Shown: piece by piece, positions 23,397-37,683 of the stretch
How positions within the stretch are numbered: position 1 is the first letter of the stretch
Layout: each line of letters starts with the position of its first letter
DNA from: Xylographa opegraphella
Taxonomy: Eukaryota
Length of the DNA: 64,000 nucleotides
NCBI GenBank assembly: GCA_022813865.1
Contig: JALDZX010000019.1
Span: 124,001 to 188,000 of the forward strand
Direction: 5' to 3'
Translations under genes and position numbers: made by a program
The notes under the pieces: model-generated
Told to the model about the DNA's origin: nothing
Databases searched by the model: none
What the model saw: only the letters and a program-made list of their open reading frames with translations

Positions 23397-24739
23397 ATGG
23401 CGCCCAGAATTATGATCCCGGTGCTGGTCACCATGATGCTCCTGACTGGCGTCTGCAACACCCTCCTCACCAAGTATCAGGTTAGACAGCCACTCCTCCA
23501 GATCCGTTCATACTGACAATTGCAGGACCTGCAATGCGTCAGAAATTGCGATGCGGCCGATCCCCAGCAACGCCGTACTTTTGAGCAGCCAGTGGTGCAG
23601 ACGTGAGTCTCCCGCGCATCTCCCAAGTGCCATCTGATCCGGGTAGTGCTCAAATGTTTATCGGAGAGATGGGTTGCTGGCTTGTGGTGGCGGGTTTTGC
23701 TATCGTCAATCGCTTCTCTTCAAGAAGTCGAGGATATAGCCCGCTGGCTTCCGAAGGTCTCCAGGAACAAAACCCGATACTGAAACCGCTGGTTGCCAAG
23801 GAGGAAGAAAGAGTACCGATGCGAGGCTCGAAAGTACTCCTATTGGCGCTCCCTGCGTGCTGCGACATCACAGCAACGACGTTGATGAATGTTGGACTCT
23901 TGTACGTGGCTGCTAGTATATACCAGATGACCCGCGGTGCACTCGTGCTTTTCGTTGGGGTGTTCAGCGTCATCTTCCTACGAAGGCGGCTGTTCGCATA
24001 TCAGTGGAGCGCTCTTGTGATTGTCGTCCTCGGCGTCGGAATTGTCGGTCTTGCCGGAGCGATTGCGCCAAACCCTCAGGCCAAACCGGAGCCAAGGTCG
24101 ATGGTCGAGACTGCCGTCCTGCTGGCTCGTGCTGCATCGGATCAAGTCAAGTCCACTGCCCAAACCCCCGAAGCACTACAGACCATTATTGGTGTGTTGA
24201 TGATCGCGGGCGCCCAGATCTTTACCGCAACTCAGTTTGTACTTGAAGAATGGCTTCTGGAAAAGTACGCTATCGAACCACTGAAGGTTGTCGGGTGGGA
24301 AGGTATTTTCGGTTTCACCATCACTATGCTTGGCTTTGCCGTCCTACACTGGACGATCGGAAGCACCGAACATGGCAGATATGGATACTTTGACGCGGTG
24401 GAGGCGTGGCGACAGGTCACGCATTACAAAGCGATCGCCGTGTCCTCCGTCCTCATCATGATCAGCATCGGCGGCTTCAACTTCTTCGGACTGTCCGTCA
24501 CCCGATCCATCAGCGCCACGTCTCGGTCGACCATCGACACATGCCGCACGCTGTTCATCTGGATCGTCTCGCTCGCGCTCCACTGGGAAACTTTCAAGTG
24601 GTTGCAGATCGTGGGCTTCGTCCTCCTGGTCTACGGGACGTTTTTGTTCAACGACATCGTCGGTCATCCGTTTCGGTCTTGTGCGAGGAGACAGCGAGCA
24701 GCGCCGCTGCTGGCCGAGAACCCCATCGAGCATATGTGA
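23397..24739 (+). CDS. SLC35F6-like nucleotide-sugar transporter family (DMT superfamily) protein
   Basis: Motifs MMLLTGVCNTLLTKYQ, FEQPVVQT-AQMFIGE, LPACCDI, SIYQMTRG, VGWEGIFG, FNFFGLSVT, RSTIDTCRT. Introns 23481-23525 and 23603-23646. Confidence 0.88.
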
Positions 24740-25158
24740 GCGTAGATAGAGCATTTAGGTTTTGCATAGAATATATACATTCCGTCTCAATGATTTGCCA
24801 GGTCAAGTCGTGCCGGTTGCTCATTAAGCCTGGCATGCCATAAACCCTCCTTTACCAAAGCAATTTATCGTACCCGCCCAAGACGCCGCGTTTCGGACTT
24901 TGTCCTTGAGGACCTATGTAGCATCTATTCTCGTTCCCAGTGTTCCACCATCCCCGCTCCCCACACAGCTCTTCGATCAAGAACGAACCATCGCTTTCCA
25001 CCTATCCCGGCCTCCCGAGCGGTCAACAACAGCACAAGACCAAGCCCACCCACGAATCCAGCCCCCCACCCACAAAATCGATCACCATCCCTTCCACCCC
25101 CGCCCTGCAAAACATCCCCCATCCCCACACACCAACCCCTCCCCATCAATCCCTCCTC

Positions 25159-25747
25159 CTACCCCCCTTCCCCGTCCCCCTCCCCACCCCGCACCCCATT
25201 CCCCACAACGCGCATACAGCCCCTCCCCCTCGCATTCTCGAACCTAGCCGCCCACTCCCCTTCCTTGCGAAACAAGACCATACTCTGCTCCGCGCTGGGA
25301 CTACCCCACTCAGGGTCCGCGCCGCCCTCCAGCAGGGCCTCCACGACGGCGGCCTCGTCCTTGAAGACGGCGCCCGCGAGCGGGCTCTGCCCGCGGTCAT
25401 TGAGGGTGTTGGGGTCCGCGCCGTGCGCGAGCAGGAGGGTCACGAGCGGTGCGTGGCCGTGGTAGGAGGCCAGCATGATCTGTTGGGGGTTAGGTGAGGA
25501 TATCTAAGGGGGAAGGGAGAGGGATGGGGAAAGGGGGAGAGGGCTGGGAGGGGTGTGAGAAGGAGAGGCGAGGGATGGTGGAGTGGCATACCAGGCTGTC
25601 GCCTTTGTCGTTCGTCAGCGTCGCCGGCAGACCCGCGGGGAGGGCTTGCTGGAAGATGTCTAGCTGGCCGCGGCGCGCGGCTTCGAACATGCGGGAGGCG
25701 AGCGCGAGCGCTTCGGGCGGGAGGGAGGAGGCGGTCGGGGGTTCCAT
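25159..25747 (-). CDS. Small ankyrin-repeat protein
   Basis: Motifs FEAARRG, NDKGDSL-IMLASYHGH, GADPNTLNDRGQSPLAGAVFK. Intron 25591-25480. Confidence 0.88.
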
Positions 25748-26166
25748 CGCTTTGGGGAAAGGGAGAGAGTAGGAGGCGGAGGAGGTGATGGCGCTTCGGT
25801 GTCGATGGAGGGGGGTGGGTAGGGGTTTGGTGGAGATAGCGTGGTTAAGTCCGGCGGGATAATGGGGTCATCGAGAAATTATGAAGCTGCAACGGAGAGG
25901 AATTTGAGGCCCTCTTGGAATCGATTTGTGAGATGAATCTGGTACTAGATAATACAACGATAGAGATCTAGATGTCTAAAGATCCACACGCCCCAAGTCC
26001 CACGATATCCTTCACGGTAAGGATATATGCATGCATATGTAATGAAAAAAAACTTCCCGACCTGATTCGCAAGCGATCGATCCTATTCTCCTAAAGGTCC
26101 CAATGCCCCATTTAACGCCTACGCTCAAATACAAATCAAACAGAAAGAAGGCTCCTTTATGATAGC

Positions 26167-29100
26167 TCATATTTCGAATGCGAAGAGACTAATGTCAAAA
26201 GCCGAGCCTTTCTTTTGAGCTTTGGATCTTTGGACACCGCCTTTGAGATTCTCGTCTGCTGCAACCGACCCAAAGGCGGATTCCCAATCCATGCCCAGGA
26301 TGTCGTCGTCTGCAAAACTGAAATTCGTACTCGGTAATGTGGTATCATCAAAAAATGCGGGCGGTAGCCAAGATTCTGCCTCCAGGCTGATATTGAGCCC
26401 GTCGCCTTCGCTTATGTCGCTCTCTTTTGGACTATTCTTTCCGCTCTTATCGCTCGGTGTGGTAGACTCAGGAGTGAGGGTCGCTAAGCTAACAGAACTT
26501 TGCAAGTTGAGGGCGGTAGGAAAGTAGGCTGCCAAGTCAGAGGGGGATACGGATATCTCGTCCCACTGATTTTGTGGGGGTGTAAGCGGTTTTGCAGAGG
26601 TCGTTGCTGTCTTGTATAGCTCGTGTTTGCCGCGCTTCGCGATCGATGGTTCGACGTTCTGTGATGTCCTGGGTACGCTGATGCCTCTATGATGGTCATT
26701 TTGTGTTGAGTTTCGGCTCATTGCTGTTCCCAACTCCAGATTTACCGTCGCTGCGCCTTGACTAGAAGCAGGCTGCTTCAGTGCAGCTAGGTTCTGATTA
26801 CTAGCTTCGCCCTTTTGTGCATCCGAACCACTGGCTTTGGTGTCCATATTGATTCGAAGCCCAGATCTAATGCCTTCCAAGGCCCATTCAAGTGGGTCAT
26901 CTATGACCGGTTCTATAGCTTTGTGCTTCTCTTTTGTGTGTCTTGCGAGATCCTCCATAGTCTTGAAGCCCTTAGCTCCCGCGTCGCAGTTAGAAACAGG
27001 GCATTTCATAATCTGCCCAAGAGGGCCAGATTTTTGAGCTTTGGGGGAAGGTACCTTCGAGATTTGAGGTGATGCATTCGACCGCGAAGCGTGTTGCGAT
27101 GGTGTCGAGGATCCTGCGGAGCCAGCCCCCTGATTTTGGACCTTCCTCTTTTTGGTTGGTGGTAATGACAACTTATCTTGGGTGAATTGACTGGGTCCAT
27201 ATGCCAGGGGCACGCCGTCTGGGGGGGGGGATTGGGCGTTGAAAGAAAATGGCGGCTTATCTGACGTTGGAGCTGCCGGTGCTCGGTCATCGCGACTACT
27301 ATGACTTTGTTGCGATGTGCTTTGACGTGAAGCTTGTCGATTCTGGGAATCGGTTTCCTGCTTCTGGGTTTTCGTGGCAGAATTCGCGAGAGTCGTGATG
27401 TTGTCGATTGGTTTTGAAAGAGACTTCTGTGTCATCAAGTTACCTTGACGCTTCGTCTGATCCGCGAGGGTCTGGTTGCGCAAAGAGTTGCATGCCTTCC
27501 TTATCGTGGCCGTGCAATGATCAAGTTCCTGGAGAGTGATAGTGAAATTATCCACAACATTGAAGTCCTGGTCGCGAAATTGCCTCACAATCAATATCCG
27601 CTGGATCTGTTAGACGGTATTCTGCCCGTAGTTAGAGAATTCAGGGGGCTTACACATCTGATAAGATCTTTTGTCATTTCTTCGTTTCGAGTCATGCTGA
27701 GGACAGCCGGCTCGAAACCACGGAAGCGTTTGAGATAATTCACGTTCTCATTCAGCAGTTTTACCATACGTTCTCGGGTCTGCTGGTCTACCATCACCTC
27801 TTTACGTGGCGGTAAAGCATGCAAGACTTCGTTCTGAAGCTCATTGCATCTCAATCGTGCCCTCTCATTGTTTTGCGAAGCCCGTTCGGCTGTGAGGAGA
27901 CCCGTACCACTGGACTGGGGTTGTTGTGTCAATGGGACTGGCATGGCTTGAGCAGCATGATTTCGCAGCTCCAGTTCGTACTGACTACTTTTTTGTTGTT
28001 GCTGCTGCTGCTGTGCTCCGGTTGACGATGCTTCACGATTGATCGCAGGGGCATTAGCCTTTTGTCCATTCATACTTTGCTTCCCAGGTTGCTGAAGCCT
28101 TCGCTGCTGTTGAATGGCAATATTTGGATTTGGAACCTCAACAACATCGTCTTCGTTGTTTCTCTTCATGCCCTTCTGGTTTGGCAATGGCTGGTTGATA
28201 GGTCGAGCTTGTCCATGAGACTGTTGTTCTTGCGCTAGCCCTTGGAACCCCCCCTGCGCATTAAAATGCGCAGGTACCCTATTACTGTTTGTAGCAGCTG
28301 GCTGAGATTGATTCGGAAATTGCTGAGGCTGGCCTAAGGCATTCTGGACTGCTGGTCCAAATCCTTGCCTTGAAGGTTGCTGGTTTTGAGCTCGTTGCAT
28401 GTTCTCGTACTGTGCCTGCTGCAAAGTCGAATTTTGGCGCTGGGCAGATTGTTGCTCCATGAGTTGACGCCCTTTGAGTAACATGATTTCTTTGATACGT
28501 TCGTCTGACCAATTTTTAAGGCGCGGATATTGGATACGGATATCTTCGGGAGAATGCACTGACATCTGCGTCATAGTTCGTGGCAAACCAATAGATGCTG
28601 AGTTCATGTTCGGCATAGATGTCTGACTACTGGGAGGCGGTACCATCTGAGCTGGTGGGGCCGGTCCGGACTGCTGCGAGGGCGCCGAAGACTGCTGAGA
28701 TTCATTGGTAGCTTGTTGACGAAGTCTCTGTTGTTGTTGGTTGTGCATTGATTCCTTCGCGACGTAGCCATGATAATGTATCCTTTGAAGCCCATTCAGC
28801 TTGTCAGACGTATCCGGAGGCATGCTATTGCCGTTTTCTCTAACCCACTCTTTCAACTCTCCCCACAACCTTAGACCTTGCGGAAAAAATGTGTGCATAG
28901 CCTGAGTTGTCAACATGTTTGGTGGAAAAGCCCGTTCGTCCATATCGCGAATCTGTTCTTCGGTCAACGGGCGTAATTGAGACTGTGATAAGCGCGGCTG
29001 ATTTGTTTGTTGCTTTTGCTGTTGGAAGCTCTGTCCTGCGCCCGGCATTGGCATCGCAATGCCCTGCTGGCCAGCGATTGTTTTTGAGGACATTTCTTGC

Positions 29101-31269
29101 GGCTGGTTTATATTTAATGGTCCATTGCTAGTATTCGGAGTCAGGCTGGCCTGATCTTGGCTCCGCTGTACAGAACGCTGCCCATTGAATTGCGCTTGAT
29201 GATCGAAGCGCAAGTCTCGTGCTGGAGCGGATGGCCCACTCGACATTGATTTGGAAACAAGGGCTTGCTGTCGGCGCCGTTCCTCTATCTGTTTTTGCAT
29301 ATTGATCATACGAGCTCTTTGTTGTTCGGGCGGCAGCAATTGAAATTTCGCCCTCATCTCAGGGGGCATGTTCTGTACATTCATAAATGGCATCTGTTGT
29401 GGCCTTTGCTGATCGCCGGTCATTACTGAACCATTCATTGGATTGACCAGTCCCGGAGTCTGTTGCATTGGCTGTCCAGGCTGGTTGAAGGCTCCGCTGT
29501 CCTGGGACTGTCCCTGCGAAGCGTTATTCTGTTGCCTTTGTGGCGGCGTACCATGATTTGGTGTTTGCTGCATATTTGGTCCTAGGGGTCTATTAAGAGT
29601 TGGCATCGCAGGACTTTGCTGAGAGGCTGGTTGACTCATAGGACCATTGAGCCCACCGGCCTGGCCTTGTAGGGTGTTGTGTGGTGAAGACTGCAGCTGC
29701 ATGCCTCCTGCATTTTGAATCTGTGCCTGAGCTTGCATACGAGCCGCTTGTTGCATCTTTTCTTGCTGTAAAAGAAACTGGGGGTGGTTTGGCATGGGTC
29801 GAGGAGGGTTGGGCTGAATCATTGATGGATGCTGTGGCATAGTTTGCATCGCTGCCGTTTGTTGACGCTGCTGCTGTGGAGGCTTCTGAGCGCCACTGGC
29901 GGGAACGACAACCTGACCCTCCTCTTGCGATCGAAGTCCTTGCTGTTGTAAGCCTAATATCTGGCTTCCGAACTGCTGGAAGTTCCCACAATATGCAGGA
30001 TCAAAACCTTGGGGCGCTGAGGCTGTTCCGAATTGCTGGTTGGCTATGGAGGACGAGCTCTGGGGCATCGGAAGTGATTGCTGAGGAGCCATGCCCATAC
30101 CATCGGCCGTACCAATTTGCATCTGTTGCTGAGCAGCAATCTGTCTCTGTTTGAGATGCACAAAATTGTTATAAGCCAATTTGCGAAAATACCAAGCGAC
30201 GGGATCAATGCCGTGTTGTTGCCAGGCTAACTTCTGATTTTGGGGAGCATTATTTAGCTTCTGCTTGATTGCGTCTATATCTTGTGCAGACGCCTTTGCC
30301 CGGACTTGCTGCGCCATCATGTTGATTTGCTGGTTCTCCTGTAGACTGAATGTTACTTGTCCTGCATTCGGTATCATTTGACGGCCGATGTTTTGAGACA
30401 GATTTGGATTCTGCTGAAATTGTTGCATTGATAGTTGAGCATTCGCCGAGCTGTTGCCCGGTAGGAACTGCTGTTGCTGCATTTGTGCAAATGGTTGCTG
30501 CTGCTTTGGCATCGGGGATGCCTGCACCGAGCCATTACTTTGCTCTGTTTGGACGCTTTGTGGAAATTGTGCGAGCCTAGAGTTCTGCATATTGGCATTC
30601 CTCATTTGCTGCTGCATTTGCATCTGTTGCATTGTTAAATTCATCTGCGTGGTCGGTGGATTGCGGTATTGGGATTCAAAAGTCTGGGCGTGCTTTTGAC
30701 GATCAGCATGTAGGAGACGTAATTTCTCCTGGCATGCGGCTTCATAAGTCGCCTAGAAAATTCAATGTATCTTCTCTGTATTTGGGCAATATCAAGAACC
30801 ATACCTTGTCCGGGCTCTGTTCTAAGGTGTTGCGTTCAAATATCGTGGCGGCTTGAAAAGCTCTATTGGGTTCCACATGGCTCGGTAATAGTCGCAGTGC
30901 AGTGACACTATAAAGAACAAAGTAAGCAACATATTCCAATGTCCGTCTTAAGAGCACACTCGGTTGGATCAGAGCTTTGCATAACATAAATGTACATGAC
31001 CATTCATTTCGCGTAAGAGAGGTCAAACACAAATATTCGCGAGTCATAACTTACAGTTGAATGATAAAAGTTGCACGAAATTGTATAGGCACAGTAGTCT
31101 GCCATCCAGGGTTGAGCGGTGTTTTTCGAAGAGTGGCGATTATCTGGTTTGGGAGTTGCTGCATTCCTTGCGGTTGTCTCTGTGGGCCGTTCGGATTCTG
31201 CTGATTTTGCTGATTTCCCATACTACCTCCCCTCGGGGCCATACCCTGCATATTGCCAGTGTTCATCAT
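26167..31269 (-). CDS. MED15: Mediator tail subunit Med15/Gal11-like (N-terminal KIX-like domain, Q-rich middle)
   Basis: KIX-like segment GWQTTVPIQFRA...AATIFERNTL...YEAACQEKL is built from exons 31269-31055, 30907-30805 and 30752-27654. Final exon is 27600-26167. Very Q/M/P-rich, with a C-terminal CxxxxC...H...H motif. Confidence 0.75.
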
Positions 31270-32434
31270 TGTGTAATCCCGGGGCAGAAAACTTTAGGAT
31301 TGGCAAGTCCACTTATGCAGCACCCGAAGCAATAGGCTTCCGTCGTCAACACTTAGATTTCTTCATTCGTGCTCAGCGCGTCCGACCTGGATGTGGTTGT
31401 GAAGTATTGATCAAGCTCTTTCTCGAAACCTTACTTGTGGCACAGCCCTCGCCCGGTAACGCGACGATGGGTGAAAATGTGCTGCGGCTATGGGCTTGTC
31501 ACATGCACAGAGCTATCGGAGCCGGCGCATAGACGGTGCCGAGAAAGATGAGACAATTGACGGTAGATTATTCGCAGCTTCGAGTCTCCCGTCACCTTCT
31601 TGAACGTGGAAAGCTTGAATTTTTCACCTTGTCGATTGTGAAAGAGTTCATGGCAAGGTTACCGTGTGACAGCGCATCGCCTCGTTTGGGTTGCGACCAG
31701 GCCTGGCAGGGCGTCGGCTCAAGCAAGCAGGCAGGTACCCAGCCTGGACACCTTGTGACAAACGGGCGTGTCGATACTGTTGAGTTCGAGATCGAGGCAG
31801 TAGAGACTGATTCGTGTTAAGATCCTGGAGAAGCGTTTGGTCGACTGTCAGGCCTCGGCGCAGAGCTGGACTGATGCCTGGGGGCGTTGGACTTGTGACT
31901 GTGGAGAGTGAGTAGATTTCATAGAGCAAAGCGATCACCAGAGCTCGTTATCGGGGAGAGGAGTGGAGTGCAGGATGATAAGATAGAAGAGAATGTTCTC
32001 GACTTCGTCGAGATGTTGTGAGGAGATTATCAGAATAATGTCTGAATACGGGTATCTGAAGGTCGTGAACCTGCACGGGGGCGTGACGGCGTCTGGTCCA
32101 GGGGACCCTGACCATGATCGTCCCTTAAGCTGCCGCACACCCTCCGCTAGTTTGAGCCTAAATCTGGCTTGATAAGCCACCTAACCTTCCTTGAGCCCCC
32201 ACCAGCCCCCCCCGGCGGTCCCCTTCCCACCCCCCCCAAATCCGGTCCGTTCCTTCTACCACTTCGCGCCGCCAACTTGGCTCAGGCCACTATCGCCGTC
32301 ATCGGCTTCTTCTGCCTGCAGCCCAAAGATGGACCCAAGCCTTATTAACCTCGCATTATGTTAGACTAGAGTAGTCTACGATTGCCGTCCACATCACTGT
32401 CACAATTATCACCATATGAAACGCATCTCCGGCC

Positions 32435-34576
32435 ATGGCTGGCTCTTCATTTGGCTCAGATGTCTTTGCGGTAGTGACACTGATACTTGTCTCCACCTTG
32501 GTCCTCCTCCTCCTCCGCCATTTCCTCCCCCTCCGGACCACTCCGGCCTATTTACTGGTCCCGATATTCCTTGCTTTGGCCCTTCCGATCAGTATCATCC
32601 TCTTGGTTCCTATCGATCTAGCCTCTACGTCGAGTACGAGTGATGAAGCTACAAGGGGTATATGGCTACCCGACGCAGTCCTCCTGTTTGCCTGGCGCAT
32701 AGCATACTGGTTGACATTTACATTAACTTGGTACATGAGAAGCCCCGTCTGGCCAGCGGAAACCTCTTGCTAATGATTCAGGTTTATACTGCCGCTTCTG
32801 GGGCAATATGTCGATTCCGGTTACCGAATGCCAAAAGACCGAATACTCTACTCCTTAAGATCGAATGCCCAGTATCAGCTTATCGTGCTTGGTTGCGGGA
32901 CGGTCGGCCTCGTTTATGTGTTCCTACAGAACGGCTTCGAAGGGACTTCGGTCAAATCCCTAGTTATGGCACTTGCCTATTGTTGGGGGTTGATTCAAGC
33001 AATCTACCTTATGGGACATGGATTGGTTGCTGTGCCGAGACGGCTATTTCGCAATGCAGATATAAGCTCAAGACTTCGCCGAATACAGTCTCATGCTCCT
33101 AAGGTGCATGAAAGACTTGTGGATGCTGCTATAGAACTGGACGAGGTGGAGGGTCAGATCACACAATTACGAAAGCGGAAAACGGGCATATCAAGAGATC
33201 ACCAGGAATGGATTGAAGAGCTTGCGGACATCTCGAATATTGCGCCGCATCGTCCTAATCAAAATTCAGTACCGCCCGCCTCTGGGTTGCCAATACCAGC
33301 GGTCATCACCGATCGGTATTTGGCAGATCTAACACGCAAACTTGATCGAGCCCGGCATAAGCAGATGCGATTTCATGATGCCTGGGATCGCTTGGTTCAA
33401 CAGGCTGCCGATATTCAAGGTGTGATTGATGCCGCACCGTCCCAGAAACTGGACTTCGGCCGGTCCCGGCCGACAGCTTCCAGACTGGACAAAATCACGG
33501 TCCTTTCTCCTTACCTACGATATCTACTATATTCACGCGCAATACCTCTGACCCGCATATTGTGCGGCTCGATCCTTGTGGTGGCCTCCGTCAGTATCGT
33601 GTGGTCAGAAATCATCAAGTTCGCTTTCCCTCAATTGTCCGTCATCAGCCTGACCGTTGTACATCATCGCGACAGCGAAGATGGCAAAATCGGGTTTGGA
33701 GGTCAGGTCACTGCAGCGCTATGGCTCATTTATATGTGCTTCGCCGCACTTGCCAGTTTCGACGATGTCAAGGTATGGGGCAATCGAGCGCTGGTGCGCC
33801 GTAATACCTATGGTGAAAGCGCATGTTGGTATGCAGGACAGATCGCCAAACTCACGGTTCCGCTGGCTTATAATTTTGTGACCTTTTTACAACGGTCAAT
33901 CTATCGCGAGACTATTTTCCATCAATTTCTCGGCCGTCTGATTATTCTTACACCCCTTGGAAAGGGTTTCGATTATTTCTTCCCTATATTCATTTTGTTC
34001 CCCGTTTGCGCAACTCTTTTCAACTTGTACGGACGAGCGAAGAGCGTCCTGGGCTATAGAATAGTCGAGGACGACGAGGAAGAGAATCCATCTGGCTTCG
34101 GAACGGGAGGTTGGAGAGAGGGCAGAGACCTGATAGAGCGAGAATTGAGTGGAAGATCGAACCTTGAATCTTCCACTCCGCTAGATGGGAGAAGGATTTC
34201 ACCTGCCACAGGCATTCATGCTGCGAATGCCGAAGGTGGGGAGCAGGCACAGTCGAATGACCAAGGTCGAACTTTAGCATCTGGACCAGTTCCTAGGGGT
34301 CAATCACATCAAGTTCTACAATATCAGCAACGCTTGGATGCCGCAACTCCAGCTGCGAGAGAGGAAGATGATAGTGTGTTAGCAGGCTTCGCCCACCGCG
34401 TGCGGAACACCATAGACACCGTCGAAAGACCGGCGTGGATCCCTGACCTTGCAAAAAGACCTAAGTGGATGGGGGGAGTTGACAACAATACCGAGCAGAG
34501 CGGACGTGCCGAAGCTGGTAGGGGTTTAGGAAGATGGTTTGGTGGCAGGCCCAATGACGGAAGGTTACGTCTGTGA
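32435..34576 (+). CDS. LMBR1-domain membrane protein (LMBRD2-like)
   Basis: Motifs LVPIDL, WRIAYWLTFTLTW-FILP, YVDSG, MALAYCWGL, MGHGLVAVPR, LTVPLAYNF. Intron 32731-32781. Confidence 0.88.
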
Positions 34577-35287
34577 TGTTCGAACATGACTTGCATAGCG
34601 ATGGAGTTTATCTAGAAGACCCAACATATTTGCCAGCTATATCACGTCGGTGGCCAATCGGGAATACCACAACACAAGATCCTTTGCTTCTGTCGCGTAC
34701 GCAGTACTCCGTAGATCCATTTCCATTGGAAACCGGGCCGTTTCACATCCGTTACGCTAACTCGACGGGCGGCGGGCAGACGACCGCGTAGACGAGAAAC
34801 TCATAAATCAACACCGTCGATCCCAGCAGCTACGACTCTCAGTCGGCCAAGACATAACCTTCACGATCGTTCTCAATTCTATTTGTAGGCGTTCAATATT
34901 ACTATTTAGCAGCAGATTGTTCCTGCCAAAGCCCATTTCTGCCCAGTTGCACTGCGATCCTTTGAAACATTTCAGCAATCTCCGGCAGTGTGCCTGTACT
35001 CACCCAGCTATTCTATACGACCACACGGAACTTGGCAGAGTGGATCAGGACCGTGCAGCTTTGTTGTTCTTCAAGCGATGTCGACGAGAATTCTCTGCAC
35101 TATCAGCTTTCCATGACGCTGTTCGTTCATCCGATATATTTAGGAAGTCCGGGGAAACGGACGGGTACATGGGTTGAAAGCCTGGAGGAAGAATAAATAC
35201 ACTACAGCAATACATAGTGAATGGAAACAAGAACTTGTCGCGTGTCTCTCAACAGGTCTATACGCGGAAAGGGTCATAAGGTCCGCA

Positions 35288-37107
35288 ATGACAGCCGTGT
35301 CTCCGGCGGCAAATGGTGGAGGAATTGGTCAATCCAACAACGAGAATGGGAGATGGGGCTATGTTAGGGAAGATGACAATGATGTGAGTCTCCATAAGAG
35401 TTTCTTGGTGTGTGCCAAAGAGTCCAACATCATGGGACTGCCTTCTTGATCAATGGAGCGCTTCCCTTCGGCCAAACTCTTCCATGTTAGATTGTTGAGC
35501 TGATGGTAAGACGTTAGAAGAATTCTTCCTTCGTTTTTTCACAAATTCTCCCATCTAGCAAACCTTCACCTACGAAGGACATTGTCCCAAGCTATGAACG
35601 AGTAAACAACGAAAGTAGTGCGCTGCAAGCTCCAAGCTTCAACACAGTAGCTGCAACCGATCTAAGCTTCCAGGATTCGTTTACTTTACCACAACCTTCA
35701 TACAATGTAGGTTCTGCCGGTCGAAAACCCAGCACATTTGAAACAACGCGACAAAGGCTAGGAGATTTGAGTAGGAACGGCAGTGAAGCAGATAGCCTGC
35801 TCGACTTATATCGCCAGCAAAAGGTCGGTCAAAGCGGAGCTCATGGTATCGCTACCAACGGCTTAATGGCTCCTTACACATCTACAACCGAAGAAGTTGA
35901 TAAAGAGAAATGGATCCATCGGGACAAGCTTGCTGTGATCGAGAGTCAAGAGGCCCAAGCCGCAGGGGTCCAAATTCCACACGCATTTAATGCTCAAGAT
36001 CATGAAGATCAGTACCGCTTAAACACTCATACGGGTCCGAATCGAGGACTTGAATATACGTCCGGTCGCAAAGACGAGATGAGAAGTCGCGACATACAGT
36101 CTCCGTCACCTGCCGTTGACGAGTATTATTCTGAAGACAATGGTGTCGATCATGATCTACGTATGCCAGACGAGATTGCTACCGACTTCCTTGAGTCATC
36201 CAACTCACCTCGCATATGTCCTCAGTACGGGCTTCGAGCTAGTTCGTCCAGGATTCCAATAGCGACGTCGAGTCCACTACCAATTTCCCAAGAGCACATC
36301 GAGCGTAACACTCCTCTACCTCGAAGGCGTGGTGTGAGTGGAAACTATGAGGAAGAGGGTCTTATTTATAGACAGGCTCGGAGCCGCAGTCACAGCGTGG
36401 GAAGCCAGGTACTTCTGGACGACCCGGGTTACTCGATCAGCGCGCCATCGTCACCTACAAAAATCAAGGCGCCTGCCAAATCTCAGCAGATTTCAGGTGC
36501 GAAGAAGCCGTTGACCGGCTCCCGTAACGTGTCAGCCACACAGAAAGTCCGTTCCACTTCCAGTGCGGCTCGAGGGTCTCCAGCACAAAGACCGGCAACT
36601 CGTTCCGGGGCTGAAGGTCGCCCAGCTACCGCAATTAACCGTCCAGAAGGCGAGGCTCCCTGGCTAGCTGATATGTACAAGCCTGATCCTCGATTACCAC
36701 CGGATCAGCAAATAATTCCCACTCATGCAAAGCGACTTCAGCAAGAACAATGGGACCGCGTTGGCAGACCTAGCAATGGCTTTTCTTGGGATGCCGAGCC
36801 TTCCGCGACAGATATTGACAACCAGAATCAGGCATCTCCTCTTCCTGCCGCTGATACCACTGACAATACGGTCGAGGACGAATCGGCTTGGCCGCTCAAA
36901 GCACCCGAAATCGAGCCTGCCAAGACCCCTCGCTCGCCAGCACTCGGAAGTGAACATGCTGGCTACAGCACTATTCCTAAGCTTCACAGTATACCTCCTG
37001 CTGGGTCGATACAGAGTCCCAGATTACCACAGCCCATGGAGGTTCACCAACCAAAAACAAATTCTCAGCAAAAAGAATCAGGTTGTGGATGTTGCATTGT
37101 AATGTAA
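35288..37107 (+). CDS. teaR: Prenylated cell-end marker receptor TeaR (Mod5 analog)
   Basis: Motifs WIHRDKLA, RPEGEAPWLADMYKPDPRLPPDQQIIPTHAKR and the C-terminal CaaX CGCCIVM. Exon 1 (35288-35383) is spliced via intron 35384-35517 in frame. Confidence 0.8.
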
Positions 37108-37683
37108 ATATTCTGGAGTTGGCAGATATCTGGGAGGCTTTGTCTTTTGGGATGGAAGGTATGAAGGACCTCAAAGGTTTCTCTATTGCCACTAAGTTGT
37201 GTTTGACTCTGTTGTCATCCGAGTGCGGATGAAGCACTTCACAGTTGGCTTCTTTGCTGGAAGAAAGCTTGCGGGCTGAGCCCTACTGGCCTTTGTTACG
37301 AACTCTTATGATCTGTCGTTCTAGTACGATACCTTCTTGTACTGAGAGCCACCTGTTTTCGTGTTGGAGCGGGTTTGGTGGAGAGACATAGTGAACTCAT
37401 AATATACAGAGCATTAAATCCGATATTCGTAGCATGATTCTGTTTCAATCGAATCCTAGGGTCGCTCCGAGTCGTACTTGCCCAGAGTATGATGCAGCCT
37501 TTCGCTTTCCATAAGTACGGAGTATATGTTTTGGAGATCGAAAGGGTCAGTCGTGATGACGAATGTAAAGTGCACATCCCAAACATTCCACCTCCCTCAG
37601 CGCTCAAGCGAAGAAGCACCCCCATAATCCACTCCGTATATTGCAACTCTGTCTACTACGCTCTCCTCATCACTCCTCCAAAC

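Noticed and set aside
16141..24739. Two SLC35 transporters plus GH5 as a polysaccharide gene cluster
   Set aside because: Both transporters are ordinary housekeeping families, and there is no glycosyltransferase/synthase or shared regulatory signal. Proximity is probably coincidental.
37489..37683. Longer N-terminus of AIM18 suggested by the ORF track
   Set aside because: The sequence is promoter-like (contains the TACGGAGTA motif). The presequence starts at ATG 37684.
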